Positions 61,343 to 64,000 of a DNA stretch of 64,000 nucleotides are shown here, piece by piece. How positions within the stretch are numbered: position 1 is the stretch's first letter; each line of letters begins with the position of its first letter. The DNA is taken from NCBI GenBank assembly GCA_017613135.1, contig JAGAEN010000018.1, positions 956 through 64,955 on the forward strand, in the 5' to 3' direction. The DNA comes from Candidatus Saccharimonadota bacterium (GTDB lineage Bacteria > Patescibacteriota > Saccharimonadia > Saccharimonadales > Saccharimonadaceae). Position numbers and translations under genes: made by a program. The notes under the pieces are model-generated. The model saw only the letters and a list, made by a program, of their open reading frames with translations. It searched no databases and was not told where the DNA came from.

Positions 61343-61358
61343 TGCTATAATTATAGCA
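61343..61358. promoter_or_regulatory. Perfect 16-nt palindrome TGCTATAATTATAGCA = two overlapping divergent extended -10 promoters
   Basis: On the plus strand it reads TGCTATAAT-N6-ATG (61358). On the minus strand it reads TGCTATAAT-N8-ATG (dnaG, 61341). Confidence 0.5.
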
Positions 61359-61972
61359 TGGATGAGAAACAATATCTGAATCAGATTTCTTCGACGGTAA
61401 GACCAACGAAGAAGTCAAAAAAAACTTGGATGTCCTCGCCATTTTTCAAAGTTGGTGTGATTGGGGTGGTGGGATTTATCTTAATAGTAATTATAGGTTC
61501 ATTACTGGGAGGTGGTAAGGGTAATTTCAAATCTCAACTTGCCGCTCTGCAGTTGCACCTAGATAACACTTCTAGTCTAATTTCAACTTTTCAAAAAAGT
61601 GTGAAATCGTCGGATTTGCGTTCAACTAGTGCGTCGCTTTATTCAGTACTAACGAATACCAGTCGTGATGTAGCAAGTTATTTGAGTTCAAAGTATAAAT
61701 TTAAGGTGAGCTCGGCAGAGCAAAACGTGAAGAACCAGGCGAAATTGGCACGTGATGGGTTGGAAGCAGAACTGATGAATGCAAAAATAAATGGTCTTTT
61801 GGATCGTGTCTTTGCGATGAAAATGAAGTATGAGGTATCGACATTTATGGCGGAGGAAACGGAGATTTATAATGCAAGTGGGGATGAGAGTTTGCGGGGG
61901 GCAATGAATTCGTCATACAATAGCCTTAAAACTTTGTATGAAAAATTAGATAGTTTTTCGGAAACTAAATAA
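61358..61972 (+). CDS. Hypothetical single-pass membrane protein
   Basis: Start at [11 protein letters not shown] helix [19 protein letters not shown]. Confidence 0.5.
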   Translation: MDEKQYLNQISSTVRPTKKSKKTWMSSPFFKVGVIGVVGFILIVIIGSLLGGGKGNFKSQLAALQLHLDNTSSLISTFQKSVKSSDLRSTSASLYSVLTNTSRDVASYLSSKYKFKVSSAEQNVKNQAKLARDGLEAELMNAKINGLLDRVFAMKMKYEVSTFMAEETEIYNASGDESLRGAMNSSYNSLKTLYEKLDSFSETK

Positions 61973-61986
61973 AAGAAAGGATAGTT

Positions 61987-62415
61987 ATGGCAGAAGCCAA
62001 AAAAGAGGTGGAAAAAAGCAAAAGTGAAAAGGCCAAAGAGGCGCTAGCGAAAACCCGCGAGAAAAGTAGCGGGTTTCGCAAAGAGTTTATCGAATTTATT
62101 AACCGCGGTTCGGTGGTAGACCTTGCAGTAGGCGTGGCGGTAGGCGGAGCGTTTACGGCGATTGTTAATTCCCTGGTTAATGACATCATTATGCCGATTG
62201 TGGGGTTAATTGCGGGAGGTGTGGATTTTACCAATCTCGCGATTCGGATTCCGAATTTCTTTGGCACGGGCGACGAAGCGGTGATTGCTTACGGGAATTT
62301 CTTACAAAATGTACTGCAATTTCTCATCATCGCGTGGGTGATTTTCCTAATTATTAAAGGGATGAACCGCTTGAACCGCCGACGCGATGCGAAGAAGACG
62401 GAAAAGGCGCTGTAG
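61987..62415 (+). CDS. mscL: Large-conductance mechanosensitive channel
   Basis: [40 protein letters not shown] signature. Confidence 0.9.
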   Translation: MAEAKKEVEKSKSEKAKEALAKTREKSSGFRKEFIEFINRGSVVDLAVGVAVGGAFTAIVNSLVNDIIMPIVGLIAGGVDFTNLAIRIPNFFGTGDEAVIAYGNFLQNVLQFLIIAWVIFLIIKGMNRLNRRRDAKKTEKAL

Positions 62416-62502
62416 AAGGTTTTGGGTAGGGGTCGGAGGCTCGGGGGAGGAAGAGAAAGAGTCAGAAAAACCGGACTCTTACCCGCTCCACTGGAAAAAC
62501 GG

Positions 62503-64000
62503 CTAAACTCCAGCTACACACCGGATGCTACAACCGTAGTACTTATTGGCGAAGTTGTAGGTACCAGGGTAGACGTTGTAACTGTCAAGGAACAGCCAAT
62601 ATGCGTGGTGCATATAGCTCGTTGACGACCAGTACTGCCCTCGGTTCCCACGACTGCTCGCGGACGAGCTACCCCAGTTGCCCGAGTAAACGAAGTTGTT
62701 CGGGAAGACACGCCAACGCTGGGAAGCAATAGAAGTGTCTTGAGGTTGGCCATTGCCGTGGCTACCGTCTGGACTAGTTAGTTTAGTATCTAGGTAAGAG
62801 AATCCCCCGCTGGTACCACCGATATTGGTACCAGAGGTGCCGGTATTGCCGTACGGTAGATGCCAGCCAGTAGGACAAAGGTCACCAGTGACAGTGACAT
62901 TATCGGGTGATTCGCTATAAGTGCCATTACCAGCAGTAGCAGAGTACCAGTTGTAGTAGTTGCCGTAACTATAAACTGGATAGTAGTTAAGATCAGTGTG
63001 AGATGGTGAAGTCTGGGTGGTGGCGGTAGTGACGATATCAGTAGCAGATGGGCTATAATTATTAGTATAGCCAGTGGTTGAGGTATTTGTGATATGGAGT
63101 TTGTTCCAGGTGTTTAACATAGATTGGTCTACGCAATTTGCATTATTATATTCAGTGCACCACCCAGTGAAACTAGCGTAGGTATTACCGGTAGTCTTAT
63201 TAGGTAGAGATGGTGATAAGTGATTGGCGGTAGTAGCAGTGATAGATATTGAAGAATCCTGATACCAAGTTTGTTTCAAGGCTACATTACCGTTATCTAC
63301 TAATGGGTTGTTGGTATTAGATGTGGTGAGGGTAGCACCGTCATCTAGCCGTAAGTTTTCACCCATCCACCAGTTGCCATCGGCAAGTTTAGCCACCATA
63401 TAGACATCGTTATCACGGCTATCCCTTAAGGCTATCACGCTACCATTTGGCATATTGCTATAGGTTGCACTGGTGGGGTTAAAGGTTTGCATCGTGATGC
63501 CGGTTTCTGGTGCGACCCAGACGGCATAAAGGGTAACATTCTTATTACTATCAGCATAAGTGGAGAAGGTACTGTCTGGGTTAAAGGCTTCGTTTGGGCC
63601 GTAGATTTTGAGAGTACCGGCAGATACGGCAGAGTTGATGTCTGAAGCGGAAGTGGTGTTCACCTGAGTGAGACTCCAACCAGCAAAGCCGTAGCCTGCT
63701 TTACTATAATTACTAGCGAAAAGGTCTAGCCAGTCGCCTACGGCGACGTTAGTATGCTTAACGTTTGTCATCACGCCGTCTGTGGCACTGCTATCTGCAC
63801 CATTACCATTATAGATGAGTGAATAAACTGGGACCCATTGAGCATAGAGAGTAATACCATCGCCAAGAATAGAACCACTAGGAACGGTGTAAATAGATTC
63901 TACTGGGTAATCTACACCATCACCAGTAGCGGTGGTGTTCCAGGACTTAATCTTGTAGCCGGTCTGGGTGAATCTGCTGTAGGCTGCGAGGGTGCCGGTC
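62503..64000 (-). CDS. Surface protein paralog with Listeria-Bacteroides repeats + FISUMP domain; 5' end beyond window
   Basis: The frame stays open upstream of the listed GTG (63774) to the window edge. GYGFAGWS...LYAVWV, DSRDNDVYMVAKLADGNWWMGENLRL, CPTGWHLP, YWSSTS, and CSIRCV. Confidence 0.7.
   Translation of the reverse strand, partial: TGTLAAYSRFTQTGYKIKSWNTTATGDGVDYPVESIYTVPSGSILGDGITLYAQWVPVYSLIYNGNGADSSATDGVMTNVKHTNVAVGDWLDLFASNYSKAGYGFAGWSLTQVNTTSASDINSAVSAGTLKIYGPNEAFNPDSTFSTYADSNKNVTLYAVWVAPETGITMQTFNPTSATYSNMPNGSVIALRDSRDNDVYMVAKLADGNWWMGENLRLDDGATLTTSNTNNPLVDNGNVALKQTWYQDSSISITATTANHLSPSLPNKTTGNTYASFTGWCTEYNNANCVDQSMLNTWNKLHITNTSTTGYTNNYSPSATDIVTTATTQTSPSHTDLNYYPVYSYGNYYNWYSATAGNGTYSESPDNVTVTGDLCPTGWHLPYGNTGTSGTNIGGTSGGFSYLDTKLTSPDGSHGNGQPQDTSIASQRWRVFPNNFVYSGNWGSSSASSRGNRGQYWSSTSYMHHAYWLFLDSYNVYPGTYNFANKYYGCSIRCVAGV

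Noticed and set aside
62420-62470. G-rich tract (gggtaggggtcggaggctcgggggagg) downstream of mscL, considered as a G-quadruplex or another GC-rich element
   Set aside because: It shows no similarity to the family-1 or polA inserts. It lies in a convergent intergenic spacer next to a hairpin (aagagtc...gactctt), so a terminator region is the likely explanation.
1-64000. Alternative genetic code (UGA recoding, as in some CPR lineages)
   Set aside because: All long conserved genes (gyrA, gyrB, ileS, polA, thrS and others) are intact and full length under the standard code.

Overview
The window is a compact, mostly minus-strand, housekeeping-rich bacterial segment, AT-leaning by eye, and it reads cleanly in the standard genetic code. 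The gene content and style suggest a reduced-genome CPR/Patescibacteria (Saccharibacteria-like) organism. This is my inference and needs a phylogenetic check. The supporting signs are shortened enzymes, many anchored surface proteins with Pro/Thr/Glu linkers, a T4SS pilin-like gene and a coupling-ATPase-like gene.

Recognisable genes:
- DNA metabolism and transcription: gyrB-gyrA, comM/yifB, parAB, holA-like, mutM, polA, rpoD, dnaG.
- Translation: infC-rpmI-rplT-rpmB, miaA, thrS, rplU, ileS, rpsU, rpsT, map.
- Division and signalling: ftsA, ftsZ, adk, relA/spoT, nrdR.
- Channels and other: mscL, an MscS-like channel, and a rimK plus retropepsin-like protease pair.
- RNA genes found by reading the sequence: tmRNA, RNase P RNA, tRNA-Val(TAC), tRNA-Thr(CGT), tRNA-Asp(GTC).

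Most unusual observations:
1. A family of GC-rich hairpin elements, each about 100-115 bp. They are inserted in frame and apparently translated in ileS (two 97%-identical copies) and at the very 5' end of miaA. An intergenic copy also exists, and a different GC-rich in-frame insert lies in polA. This resembles the Rickettsia palindromic element phenomenon.
2. Three ribonucleotide-reductase-associated relics that have lost their cysteine motifs: NrdR without its Zn-ribbon cysteines, an NrdH-like protein without CxxC, and a stand-alone 145-aa protein carrying an NrdD-type glycyl-radical C-terminal motif.
3. A dispersed surface-protein family with a C-terminal Fibrobacter-type paralogous domain. 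Two members share a ~580 bp N-terminal module that is ~90% identical.
4. A membrane-anchored serpin sitting between ftsA and ftsZ.
5. Pervasive TGnTATAAT promoters placed 6-9 nt from start codons, which implies leaderless mRNAs. One is a perfect palindromic divergent promoter at dnaG.
6. A 17-nt duplication of the tRNA-Val 3' end, and a 680-bp ORF-free, hairpin-dense tract next to the tmRNA 3' end.

Nothing was computed with tools. All coordinates and identities come from manual reading.
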